A DNA stretch of 42,599 nt from an uncultured bacterium (GCA_965369845.1 CBDUSJ010000001.1:1-42599), one strand, 5' to 3'. Numbered from the stretch's first letter, positions 1 to 8,775 are shown. Made by a program: numbers and translations. The notes: generated from the sequence alone by a model not told the origin.

Positions 1-103
1 CCCGTATGGGAAGTCGGCAGTCGGCGACACGAAGTTAGCCCGTATGGGAAGTCGGCAGTCGGCGACACGAAGTTAGCCCGTATGGGAAGTCGGAAGTAAT
101 TAG
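1..103. repeat. 38-bp tandem direct repeat (unit CCCGTATGGGAAGTCGGCAGTCGGCGACACGAAGTTAG), 2 identical copies plus 1 degenerate copy, cut by the window edge
   Basis: Copies at 1-38 and 39-76 are identical. The third copy (77-103) keeps the first 16-17 nt and the GAAGT..TAG end but has an internal deletion. There are no spacers. Unit length is not a multiple of 3. Confidence 0.9.
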
Positions 104-109
104 TTAAAC

Positions 110-1708
110 ATGAAAAATTTGACATTTGACATAAAACATTTGCCATCAAAAATAGTTTGGTTCAACAGGACAAATATTTATTATTTCGGGCTTGCGCTGA
201 TGCTGATTGCCTTGCCACTATCGAAATATCTTATGAGCGTGGCTCAGTTTGTTCTTGTTTTCAACTGGTTGTTCGATAGAAATGTTATTGGCAAATTCAG
301 GCGGTTTTTTCATAACAAGCCTGCCCTCATTCTGTCTTCCCTGTTTTTAATTCATGTAATCGGTTTGCTGTGGACGAGCGATTTCAATTATGCAATGAAA
401 GACCTTCGTATAAAACTGCCAATCCTTGCATTGCCGGTAATAATTTCCACTTCGCCCAGGATCAACAAAAAACTTTTCTTTTATTTTATGTTGCTTTTTA
501 TTGCCGCAAATGTGGTCGGCTCTTTTTTTAGTATTCATGCCCTGCTTAGCCGTGAAATAATTGAAATAAGGAAAATATCGCTTTTTATGTCGCACATCCG
601 GTTTAGCCTTAACATTTGCATAGCAATTTTTGCCGGAGGATACCTGCTGGTAAAAGCGGAAAAAATTCCTGTTATTGTCAGGATTTTAACCGGGCTGGCA
701 ATAGTGTGGCTATTTATCTTTTTGGTGATTATGGAATCGATTACAGGCCTTGCCGCTATATTTATCACTTTAACGGCGCTCATCTTAATTCTCGTAATTA
801 AAAGAAAAAACAAGTTGATTAAATTCGTACTCTTTTCTATCATTATAATTATTCCTGTTGTATTATTTTTTTATTTAAAAAGTGTTTATAAAGAAACACT
901 CCCAAAAGAAATTGTTGTTTTTGAAAAACTTGAAAAATACAGCCCGCTTGGAAATTCTTATGTTCATGATACTGCTGATAAAATGCTTGAAAATGGTTAC
1001 CGTGTAGGTTTGTATCTTCAGGAAGATGAACTCAGGGAAGCCTGGAATGCGAGAAGTGAATTAAAATACGATGGGAAAGACCGTAAGGAACAACATATTA
1101 AATATACTCTTATCAGGTTTCTTACCTCCAAAGGATTGCGAAAAGACAAGGCAGGAGTTGATGCGCTCAATAATGAGGAAGTGGAAACTGTGGAGAATGG
1201 AATTGCCAATGTTGAACATCAGCGCAAGACAAATTTGAAAACGCGAATAAAAATAATAATCTGGGAATATCAAGTTTATAAAAATACCGGTTATCTGAGC
1301 GGTCATTCAGTTATGCAGCGTATCGAATTTTGGAGAGCTTCCATGCGGATAATCAGCGATAATTTTTGGTTTGGAACCGGAACCGGCGATATCAAAAATG
1401 CCTTTAAAGATGAGTATAAAAAAATGAGTTCAAGCCTCAATCCCAAATTCAGATGGCGTTCTCATAACCAGTTTCTTTCGGTTTTTGCCGCTTTAGGAAT
1501 TTTCGGATTGTTATGGTTTGTGGCGGTATTAATTATTCCCGGGATTATGACAGGAGGATTTAAAGATTATTTTTATTTAATATTTTTTATAATTTTAACT
1601 TTGTCGATGTTGAGCGAAGATACTATCGAAAATCAAGCTGGCGTTACTTTTTACGCTTTTCTTACTTCATTTTTCCTGTTTGCAAGAAAAGATATAGAAC
1701 AGTTCTAA
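110..1708 (+). CDS. O-antigen ligase/polymerase-like (Wzy_C-type) polytopic membrane protein
   Basis: 532-aa ORF with many hydrophobic helices and a central soluble loop. The C-terminal segment RSHNQFLSVFAALGIFGLLWF resembles the conserved His-containing loop plus helix of O-antigen ligase family proteins. Confidence 0.55.
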   Translation: MKNLTFDIKHLPSKIVWFNRTNIYYFGLALMLIALPLSKYLMSVAQFVLVFNWLFDRNVIGKFRRFFHNKPALILSSLFLIHVIGLLWTSDFNYAMKDLRIKLPILALPVIISTSPRINKKLFFYFMLLFIAANVVGSFFSIHALLSREIIEIRKISLFMSHIRFSLNICIAIFAGGYLLVKAEKIPVIVRILTGLAIVWLFIFLVIMESITGLAAIFITLTALILILVIKRKNKLIKFVLFSIIIIIPVVLFFYLKSVYKETLPKEIVVFEKLEKYSPLGNSYVHDTADKMLENGYRVGLYLQEDELREAWNARSELKYDGKDRKEQHIKYTLIRFLTSKGLRKDKAGVDALNNEEVETVENGIANVEHQRKTNLKTRIKIIIWEYQVYKNTGYLSGHSVMQRIEFWRASMRIISDNFWFGTGTGDIKNAFKDEYKKMSSSLNPKFRWRSHNQFLSVFAALGIFGLLWFVAVLIIPGIMTGGFKDYFYLIFFIILTLSMLSEDTIENQAGVTFYAFLTSFFLFARKDIEQF

Positions 1709-1723
1709 ATAATAATTCAAATT

Positions 1724-2743
1724 TTGGTAAAAAATAATTCAAATAAAATATTGCCGGAATGGTTTGTAGTGGTCAATCCCAACGCAGGTAGCCGGAAGAT
1801 CAAAAAAGACTGGCCTGTAATAAAACAGCTTTTAAACGAAAAAAAACTGAGCTATTTTTTTCGTTTTACCGAAGGTCCTCTTCACGCTATCGAAATTACC
1901 TCTGACGCAATTAAAAAAGGATACAGGAAATTTATTGCAGTTGGCGGAGACGGAACCATGAATGAAGTCGTCAATGCAATTTTTACACAAAATGAGATAC
2001 CTCCTCTTGATTTTCAAATCGGTATAATTCCTGTTGGAACCGGAAACGACTGGGGAAGAATGTTTAAAATTCCGGGAAAATATGAAGATGCTATAAACAT
2101 TTTAAAGCAAAATGATCTTTTTATCCAGGATATTGGCAAGATAAATTATTACGACGGTGATAATCCAAAACAGAGATTTTTTGTGAATGTTGCAGGTACG
2201 GGGTTCGATGCGCTTGTAGCAAAAAAAACAAACATTCAGAAACAAGAGGGTAAAAGTTCTTTTCTATCATATTTTTATAATTTATTGATAAGCCTGTTTC
2301 AATACAAACCGAAAATAGCTGAAGTTGATGTAGATGGAAACAAAAATAAATATAACATATTCAGCATGAGTATTGGGATATGCCGCTACAACGGAGGTGG
2401 CATGATGCAACTTCCGAATGCTCTGCCCGATGATGGTTTGCTTGATGCAACAATTATAAAAAAAATTGGTCTTGGCACGATTTTTTGGCAATTGAAAAAT
2501 CTTTATACCGGAACTTTTATTAAGCATCCTAAAGTAGTTACTTTAAGAGGAAAGGAGATAAAAATAAAATCACGGAAAATAAAATTTTTTCTTGAGGCAG
2601 ATGGAGAAACTCTCGGTCATTCGCCTTTCGAAATCACCATTTTGCCGGGGGCTTTGCAAGTAATTATCGGCGACAGAGACGCACGGCCGTGCGTCTATAC
2701 AACAATTACAACACGCAATTCCAACGGTAAAATAAATATATGA
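1724..2743 (+). CDS. diacylglycerol kinase-family lipid kinase (YegS/BmrU-like); the last ~25 codons are read through a REP-like palindrome
   Basis: Motifs VVVNPNAGS, AVGGDGTMNEV and PVGTGNDW are typical of the DAGK catalytic domain. The only available start is TTG at 1724. The stop overlaps the next ORF (ATGA at 2740-2743). Confidence 0.85.
   Translation: MVKNNSNKILPEWFVVVNPNAGSRKIKKDWPVIKQLLNEKKLSYFFRFTEGPLHAIEITSDAIKKGYRKFIAVGGDGTMNEVVNAIFTQNEIPPLDFQIGIIPVGTGNDWGRMFKIPGKYEDAINILKQNDLFIQDIGKINYYDGDNPKQRFFVNVAGTGFDALVAKKTNIQKQEGKSSFLSYFYNLLISLFQYKPKIAEVDVDGNKNKYNIFSMSIGICRYNGGGMMQLPNALPDDGLLDATIIKKIGLGTIFWQLKNLYTGTFIKHPKVVTLRGKEIKIKSRKIKFFLEADGETLGHSPFEITILPGALQVIIGDRDARPCVYTTITTRNSNGKINI
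2677..2696. repeat. REP-like perfect 20-bp palindrome AGACGCACGGCCGTGCGTCT (copy 1), inside the 3' end of the lipid kinase ORF
   Basis: Read directly from the sequence as a perfect inverted repeat centred on GG|CC. The same 20-mer recurs at 3248-3267. It is followed by the shared tail ..ACAACA. Confidence 0.9.
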
Positions 2744-3435
2744 ATGTTAAAATGATGGAAAAATTTCAAAATAAATATCGCATACAGTCAAACAGAATGC
2801 CGGGATGGGATTATTCCGGAGAAGGTGCATATTTCATCACAATTTGCGTTAATAATCGGGATTGTATTTTTGGCCATGTTGAACAGGGCAAAATGATATT
2901 GAACAATTTTGGAAAAATTGCCCACCATGAATGGGAAATTTCTGCCCAGATACGCAATGAAATTGAATTGGACGCATTTGTTATAATGCCCAACCATATT
3001 CACGGAATTGTAATTATCAACAAATCAAATGTGGATAATAATATATACAATACAAATGACGGTACGCATGGTTCACACGTAGAGACACACGGCCGTGTGT
3101 TTCTACAACCACCACAACAACCACCACAACAACCACCACAACCCAACCAACCTAAATTGTATCGCAAACCAAAATCAATTTCATCATTTATTGCCGGTTA
3201 CAAATCATCGGTTACAACCAAAATAAATGATTTGATTGACCGTGTACAGACGCACGGCCGTGCGTCTCAACAAACGCACGGCCGTGCGTCTCAACAGAAA
3301 TATAATAGAAAAAACAGATTGTGGCAGGTAAATTACCACGACCATATCATACGAAGTGACGCAGAATACAACCGTATCAAAACATATATAATTGAAAATC
3401 CTGAAAAATGGGAAGAAGATAAATTTTATAAATAG
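2740..3435 (+). CDS. REP-associated tyrosine transposase (RAYT; IS200/IS605 TnpA-like HUH/Y1 enzyme)
   Basis: N-terminus KFQNKYRIQSNRMPGWDYSGEGAYFITICV, HUH motif MPNHIHGIV, and C-terminal RLWQVNYHDHIIRSDAEYNRIKTYIIENPEKW carrying the catalytic-Tyr region. Palindromic repeats lie in and next to the gene. The true start may be ATG 2752 or 2755 (MEKFQNKYRI). Confidence 0.85.
   Translation: MNVKMMEKFQNKYRIQSNRMPGWDYSGEGAYFITICVNNRDCIFGHVEQGKMILNNFGKIAHHEWEISAQIRNEIELDAFVIMPNHIHGIVIINKSNVDNNIYNTNDGTHGSHVETHGRVFLQPPQQPPQQPPQPNQPKLYRKPKSISSFIAGYKSSVTTKINDLIDRVQTHGRASQQTHGRASQQKYNRKNRLWQVNYHDHIIRSDAEYNRIKTYIIENPEKWEEDKFYK
3079..3106. repeat. Diverged REP-like palindrome GTAGAGACACACGGCCGTGTGTTTCTAC (copy 2), in frame inside the RAYT ORF (encodes VETHGRVFL)
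   Basis: 28-nt palindrome with one G:T. Relative to the canonical 20-mer it carries a paired G>A / C>T change that preserves pairing. It is preceded by GTAG. Confidence 0.85.
3106..3152 (+). repeat. 12-bp microsatellite (CAACCACCACAA x3 plus a degenerate tail) encoding QPPQQPPQQPPQPNQ inside the RAYT ORF
   Basis: Units at 3106-3117, 3118-3129 and 3130-3141 are identical. The tail is CCCAACCAACC. Confidence 0.9.
3248..3297. repeat. Two tandem REP-like palindromes (copies 3 and 4) forming a 24-bp tandem duplication, in frame inside the RAYT ORF (THGRASQQ x2)
   Basis: AGACGCACGGCCGTGCGTCT sits at 3248-3267. ACGCACGGCCGTGCGT recurs at 3274-3289. The 24-bp units at 3250-3273 and 3274-3297 differ at one base. 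Confidence 0.9.
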
Positions 3436-3444
3436 TAAATACAA

Positions 3445-3690
3445 ATGAATAAAGTCGGACAAATAGAAAGCATTACCCAAAACCGTGTGGTAATACTATT
3501 CCAGGACGAATTGGGCTACAAATATCTCGGTAATTGGGAAATAAAAAGATAATAGCAATATTGAAGAATAATTGCTACAGATTTATCTTTATCGGGGAGC
3601 TTATAAATCAGCTTAATTAATCGAGCTATAGACCAATTAAAAACTACAGCAAAAAATTTGAATGATAAATTATTAAATATAAACATTTAA
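3445..3690 (+). pseudogene. hsdR: Relic of the N-terminus of a type I restriction enzyme R subunit (hsdR), with stops, frameshifts and a 3' truncation
   Basis: 3445-3552 reads MNKVGQIESITQNRVVILFQDELGYKYLGNWEIKR*, matching the conserved HsdR N-terminal signature (..TQNRVV.LF...LGY.YLGNW..). Shifted frames continue with DNSNIEE, then SLINRAIDQLKTTAKNLNDKLLNIN, in the order expected for HsdR. Nothing beyond about residue 80 is present. Confidence 0.6.
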
Positions 3691-3701
3691 AAATAAATAT
3701 T

Positions 3702-4721
3702 ATGGATACTAAATTAACGATGACGAACACAAAAAGTCAGCTTCTTAACGCTTATAATGAGTTGTTAAATAAGCTAAAATTTCAAAAAACACCCGACCCG
3801 AAAAAAGAAAAAGAGATTAAAGAAAAAGAAAACATTGTAAAAAGCGCTGTTTCTACTTCGATAGATGAAATTGTGAATAACATTGCCGGCCTTAAACTTC
3901 TGATCAACAAATCGCTCGATCAGAATGAGAAAACATTGGTCGAGCAATTTAAAAAACTTCTCAATATTCAGGAAGCAATAAAATCGGAACAGGAAAAATT
4001 AGAAGAATTGTACGACATTATTGCAAATGCCGATACTTTGGCTGCTCTTCTTCTTGCACAAAAAGAGAAAAAACAGCAGTTCGAAACCGAGATGGCGGAA
4101 GTAAAAGCAAAGTTTGATAATGAGATGAAGGAAACAAAAGAAAAATGGGAAAAAGAGAAAAATGAGTTTATTGCCCTGAATAAGGAAAAGGAAACTTTAG
4201 TAAAAAAAGAACGAACACGTGAGGAAGAAGAATACACGTACAATTTAAAACTTAACAGGAAAAAAGACCAGGATCAATATAAGCTTCAGAAAGAAACACT
4301 TGAAAAAGAACTTAAAGAAAAAAAAGCTGCTTTTGAAAAGGAAATAACGGAACGCGAAAAAGTGGTTAAAGAGCGTGAAATATATTTGGATGAATTAACT
4401 AAATAGGTTGAATCATATCCCACAGAACTTGAAAAAGCAATTAAGGAAACTGAAAAAAATGTTGCAGAAAAATTGCAGACACAGTTTGGTTTTGAAAAGG
4501 AAATGATGGCAAAAGATCTTGACGGAGAACGCAAACTCAAAGACCAGATCATTAAAAGCCTTCAGGAGAAAATTAAAGAACAGAACACATTAATCGCACA
4601 GTTGACTTCCAAGACCGACAATGCAGGGGAACAAGTAAAACAAATTGCGCTAAAAGCAATCGAGAGTTCTTCAAAAAGTCATTATATCCAAATTGAAAAA
4701 GAAAAAAGAGACGAGGGTTGA
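3702..4721 (+). pseudogene. Lys/Glu-rich coiled-coil protein of unknown function, one reading frame interrupted by a single in-frame TAG (4404-4406)
   Basis: ORFs 3702-4406 and 4473-4721 are in the same frame (offset 771 nt, a multiple of 3). The codons between them (VESYPTELEKAIKETEKNVAEKLQ) continue the same heptad-like composition. Confidence 0.55.
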
Positions 4722-4772
4722 AAACAATAATGAAATAATAATTTACTTCTTTTCCAACTCCGGTTTGTAGCT

Positions 4773-7139
4773 TTAATTCAGGATAAGTTTTTTTGTGGAA
4801 AAGACTCGGTTATCTTTATTTATAAATTTCAATAGATAAGTTCCTTTTAGCATGTTTTGAGGAATCCATTTTACCACTTCCGAATCACTGACATTTATTT
4901 CATCAACAAGCAAACCTGCAGAATTATAAATTAAAATTACTGACGGTTTTACTGACCCAAATACTATAAAGACCTCGCTATTTGCAGGATTTGGATAAAC
5001 ACCAATTTTATCTGTAACAGTGGGTGTAAACTCCTTTTGGCCAATATAAATTTCATCCCAGACAGCAAGAGTATATTCTCCTTTTTGAAGATGAGGCACA
5101 TCAATATATCCTAAATATGGCGAGCCGGTTTTGATAAAATAAACCGACTGCCAGTCGGCGGCTGTAGTTGGCCTGTAAAGTATTACAAGGGAATCGTTGA
5201 GGTTGGTGATGAGAGTATTATCAAGATGATTAAACTTACTGTAGTAGAAATGACCCGTGGCATCAAATCCGTCGGGGAACAAGCCCTCAACGCGCCAGTG
5301 ACGGTAATCTGACAATGTGAGTCCTATTTGAGGAGTTTTAAGAGAATCAGGGGCAACCCATCTGTGAGTAATTCTTACAAAGGCCGAATCCCCGGAAGAA
5401 ATTTCTTCGGTAGTTAATTTTGCATAAGTATCAGTGAAAACCTCAGTACCGGTGGTTTTAATAACCATATCGAAATCTATCGTTGCATCAGCCACCTTAT
5501 TAAACAGATCAGGCAAAACAAGTTTTGGTGAAAAAGGAATTAAAAATGTTTGCGAACTGTACTCGCCCGAAAATTCCATAAGTTCGGTTTGTTGTTGCCA
5601 GTTTTCATCCATAAATGTTATTTCAAGCCTGTTCAAATTGGGAAACACAGTTGCCCCTTTAAGTTTTTGACGAACATAAACCGTTGCATTAAAATTTGAA
5701 CCGGCAGGCACAACGGCAAATGAATCTACAGAAAACTCAGAAAAACCGGGTGAAAATACCCAGAATTCAAAAAAGTCGGTTAAATCCACACCGGAGAAAT
5801 CATCAAGAAAATCCCTTAGGTCCCAGGATGAGGCATAGTCGAATTTATATTCCTGCAGATAGGCTTTTACTGCGGGAAAAAATAATTCATCGCCAAGATA
5901 ACCGCGAAGGGTGTGAGTTACAATAGCGCCTTTATCATACACGGTACTTCCGTAAGTGTATTCGGTAGGAATACCGTAAAGCGCCCGGTAACCGCCGTCA
6001 ACAACATGAGTAAGGTGTAGCACTTCCTTATGTTTCGCCCTCATATTTTCATTATAAGCCTCTTTCCCGTAAATACCTTCCCGGTAAATTGATTCACAAA
6101 ACACTGCCCAGCCTTCGTTAAGCCACATTTCCTCTGCCGATTCGCATGTAACCATGTTACCAAAGTACTGGTGCGAAAGCTCGTGGGCAAATAATGATTC
6201 ATACGCAAGAGTTCCGGTTATACAGAAATGCGGATATGCAATATTTGTTGTGTGTTCCATGGCTCCTTTTGAAGTGCCTACATAGCCGATACGTTCCCAT
6301 TCATAAGGCCCGAAATAATATTCGTAGGCTTCGAAAACCGGCTGGAGTGTTGCAAACGAACCTTCAACCTTGGAACTGTCATTCGGCCTTACGTAAATTG
6401 CAACCGGGATCTGACCTCGTATCGACTCAAAAGTATCCATTACCGCAACATATTCGCCAACTGCTACAGAAGCTAAATAGGTAGGAATAGTACAATTAAG
6501 TTTCCAGTGAAAAGTTTTTGTACCGTTTCCGTTATTAATTTCCTCTATTAATGTACCGCCACACACCGCCATCTTCGACTCATCAAGTGTTACAAAAACA
6601 TCATAAAAAGCCCGGTCATGAAAATCATCAATACAAGGAAACCATGCTTTTCCCAGATTATGTGGATCGGAAACAAAACCTACACCCAGGTTGAAAGCAT
6701 AACTGCCGGAAAAATGAAACCCGCCCCAATCTTCGTGAAATGGCTGGCCATGATAGAAAACTGTAACTTCGGCTTCATCGCCAATGTTTAAAATAGTTCC
6801 CGGATATATCACCAACAACGGATCACTGTGAGAAAATTCGCTAATTTTGTCGCCATCAACGAAAACCGAATCGACATTTAGGTCGAGTAATTCAAGTGAT
6901 ATATTATCAAGATTGTTTACTTTTGAGGCCAAATTAATAACGCAATATCCTTCGATGGTTTTTTCAGAGGTATTGATATCATTCAAATGAATTTCATAAC
7001 TCATGGCATCAAGAGTATCGCTTATGAGCGATTTTTCAAAAGATTGTTTGTGAAAACATCTGTGTTTATTTTCCTGAGCGGGGAGCTGAATAATTGCCAG
7101 TAACATTAAAATGGCAAAACTGTATTTTATAGATTTCAT
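4773..7139 (-). CDS. Secreted M1-family zinc metallopeptidase (aminopeptidase N-like) with a T9SS C-terminal sorting domain
   Basis: GAMEH (GxMEN-like) motif. HELSHQYFGN (HExxH) with WLNEGWA downstream supplying the third zinc-ligand Glu. N-terminal signal peptide. C-terminus VYPNPANSEV...LKGTYLLKF... is typical of Por/T9SS CTDs. Confidence 0.9.
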   Translation of the reverse strand: MKSIKYSFAILMLLAIIQLPAQENKHRCFHKQSFEKSLISDTLDAMSYEIHLNDINTSEKTIEGYCVINLASKVNNLDNISLELLDLNVDSVFVDGDKISEFSHSDPLLVIYPGTILNIGDEAEVTVFYHGQPFHEDWGGFHFSGSYAFNLGVGFVSDPHNLGKAWFPCIDDFHDRAFYDVFVTLDESKMAVCGGTLIEEINNGNGTKTFHWKLNCTIPTYLASVAVGEYVAVMDTFESIRGQIPVAIYVRPNDSSKVEGSFATLQPVFEAYEYYFGPYEWERIGYVGTSKGAMEHTTNIAYPHFCITGTLAYESLFAHELSHQYFGNMVTCESAEEMWLNEGWAVFCESIYREGIYGKEAYNENMRAKHKEVLHLTHVVDGGYRALYGIPTEYTYGSTVYDKGAIVTHTLRGYLGDELFFPAVKAYLQEYKFDYASSWDLRDFLDDFSGVDLTDFFEFWVFSPGFSEFSVDSFAVVPAGSNFNATVYVRQKLKGATVFPNLNRLEITFMDENWQQQTELMEFSGEYSSQTFLIPFSPKLVLPDLFNKVADATIDFDMVIKTTGTEVFTDTYAKLTTEEISSGDSAFVRITHRWVAPDSLKTPQIGLTLSDYRHWRVEGLFPDGFDATGHFYYSKFNHLDNTLITNLNDSLVILYRPTTAADWQSVYFIKTGSPYLGYIDVPHLQKGEYTLAVWDEIYIGQKEFTPTVTDKIGVYPNPANSEVFIVFGSVKPSVILIYNSAGLLVDEINVSDSEVVKWIPQNMLKGTYLLKFINKDNRVFSTKKLILN

Positions 7140-7397
7140 ATTAAAAAAATTTTAAATTATTTTTATTTTTCAAAAGTATAAAAAATAAACGGAAGTATTA
7201 ATCATTATTATTTGTCAAAGAAATTTAATTATGTTGTTCCGGTTATGTTCAATTTCGTACATTCGTTGTATTTATCTGAACACATTCAAACAAAACATTA
7301 ACAAAATTTAAAACTACAAACTGATTTACAATTATTTATAATACTGGCATGTTTTTAGATTAGGTCAGGAATAATTTAAAATTAAAGAACAAAAAAA

Positions 7398-8774
7398 ATG
7401 AAAAAGTCAAGAATCAAAAGAATTTACTTATTTGTATTTTTTACAGGGATATTATTTATTTCCGGAAAGATAGATGCTCAAAAAACATGGTCTCTCGAAG
7501 ATTGCATTAATTATGCTATAGAAAACAATATTCAAATAAAGCAAAGCGAGCTTGATATAGAACGCAATAAAGTCGATCTTCTGCAAAGCAAATTAAATCT
7601 TTTGCCAACATTGAATGGAAATACTTCATTCAGCTATAACTGGGGGCGTGTGCTTGATCAAACAACATATTTGTATTTTAACAAAGAAACAAACCAGGGA
7701 AATTTTGGAGCGGATGCAGGCATTATTCTTTTCAACGGAATGCAGAATATTAACACTATAAAACAAAATCAGATTGATTTTCTGGCAAGTCAGTACGATG
7801 CAGACAAGATGAGAGATGATATTTCTCTGATGCTTACCGCAGCCTACCTGCAGATTTTATTCGATAAGGAACTGTTGAGAGTTGCAAGAGAACAAGTTAG
7901 CATGACCAATGAACAAATAGAACGCACATCCAAAATGGTTGAAGCAGGTACACTCGCCCGTGGCAGCCTTCTCGAAATACAGGCACAGGGAGCAAAAGAA
8001 GAACTTAATGTTATAAACTATGAAAACCTTCTCGATCTGGCTTACCTTGATCTGTTGCAAATTCTCGACCTGAAAGCCGATGAGGAATTTGAAATAGAAA
8101 TACCCGATTTGAATATTGACCTCCAAATGGAACTACTCCCTATTAATGAAATATATGAATATGCGCTATTAAATCAGCCGGTAATAAAAAGCGCCGAACT
8201 TAATATGGAAAGTTCACAAAAAGACATTGCATTAGCGCGTGGCGGATATTACCCTACATTGAGAATGGGCACAGGATGGGGAACCAATTATTCCAATCAG
8301 TTCAGAAAATGGGATACTGAATCAGAATCATTTACCGATGTTATTCCGTTCGGAGATCAGTTTAAGGACAACCAAACTACATACCTCGGATTCAGTCTGA
8401 ACATTCCAATTTTCAACGGATACCAGGTTTCGTCCAGCGTTAGCAAGGCTAAAATAAATTCTGACAATGCCGAATACAATTACGAACTTACCAAAAACAC
8501 TCTGAGAAAAACGATTGAACAAGCATATAGTGATGCAAAAGGAGCATATAAAAGTTATAAAGCAACTGAGAGTTCGCTTTATTCGTTTGAAGAATCGTTC
8601 AGATATACCGAACAAAAATTTAATGTAGGGCTGGCAAATTCCGTTGAATATAATATTTCTAAAACACAGTTGACGGCAGCCGAATCCGAACTTATAAGCG
8701 CTAAGTTTGACTATATTTTCAAAACTAAGATTCTCGATTTTTATCTTGGTAAACCTTTAACACTAAAAAATTAA
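7398..8774 (+). CDS. TolC-family outer membrane efflux protein
   Basis: 458 aa with a signal peptide. WSLEDCINYAIENNIQIKQ start and duplicated OEP-type coiled repeats. Immediately followed by an adaptor gene. Confidence 0.85.
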   Translation: MKKSRIKRIYLFVFFTGILFISGKIDAQKTWSLEDCINYAIENNIQIKQSELDIERNKVDLLQSKLNLLPTLNGNTSFSYNWGRVLDQTTYLYFNKETNQGNFGADAGIILFNGMQNINTIKQNQIDFLASQYDADKMRDDISLMLTAAYLQILFDKELLRVAREQVSMTNEQIERTSKMVEAGTLARGSLLEIQAQGAKEELNVINYENLLDLAYLDLLQILDLKADEEFEIEIPDLNIDLQMELLPINEIYEYALLNQPVIKSAELNMESSQKDIALARGGYYPTLRMGTGWGTNYSNQFRKWDTESESFTDVIPFGDQFKDNQTTYLGFSLNIPIFNGYQVSSSVSKAKINSDNAEYNYELTKNTLRKTIEQAYSDAKGAYKSYKATESSLYSFEESFRYTEQKFNVGLANSVEYNISKTQLTAAESELISAKFDYIFKTKILDFYLGKPLTLKN

Positions 8775-8775
8775 T

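Noticed and set aside
77-93. Relationship between the 38-bp tandem unit and the 19-mer repeat family through the shared CCGTATGG
   Set aside because: Only an 8-nt match exists and the flanks diverge immediately, which is compatible with chance.
1-103. Possible CRISPR array at the window start
   Set aside because: The 38-bp units are directly adjacent with no spacers, and no cas genes are in the window. This is a tandem repeat, not a CRISPR.
4404-4406. Stop-codon reassignment (TAG here, TGA at 25056-25058) as an explanation for the in-frame stops
   Set aside because: TAG terminates tsaB and the RAYT ORF at their expected ends. TGA terminates atpD, the ECF sigma gene and the lipid kinase. The standard code therefore applies, and these are nonsense lesions or sequencing errors.
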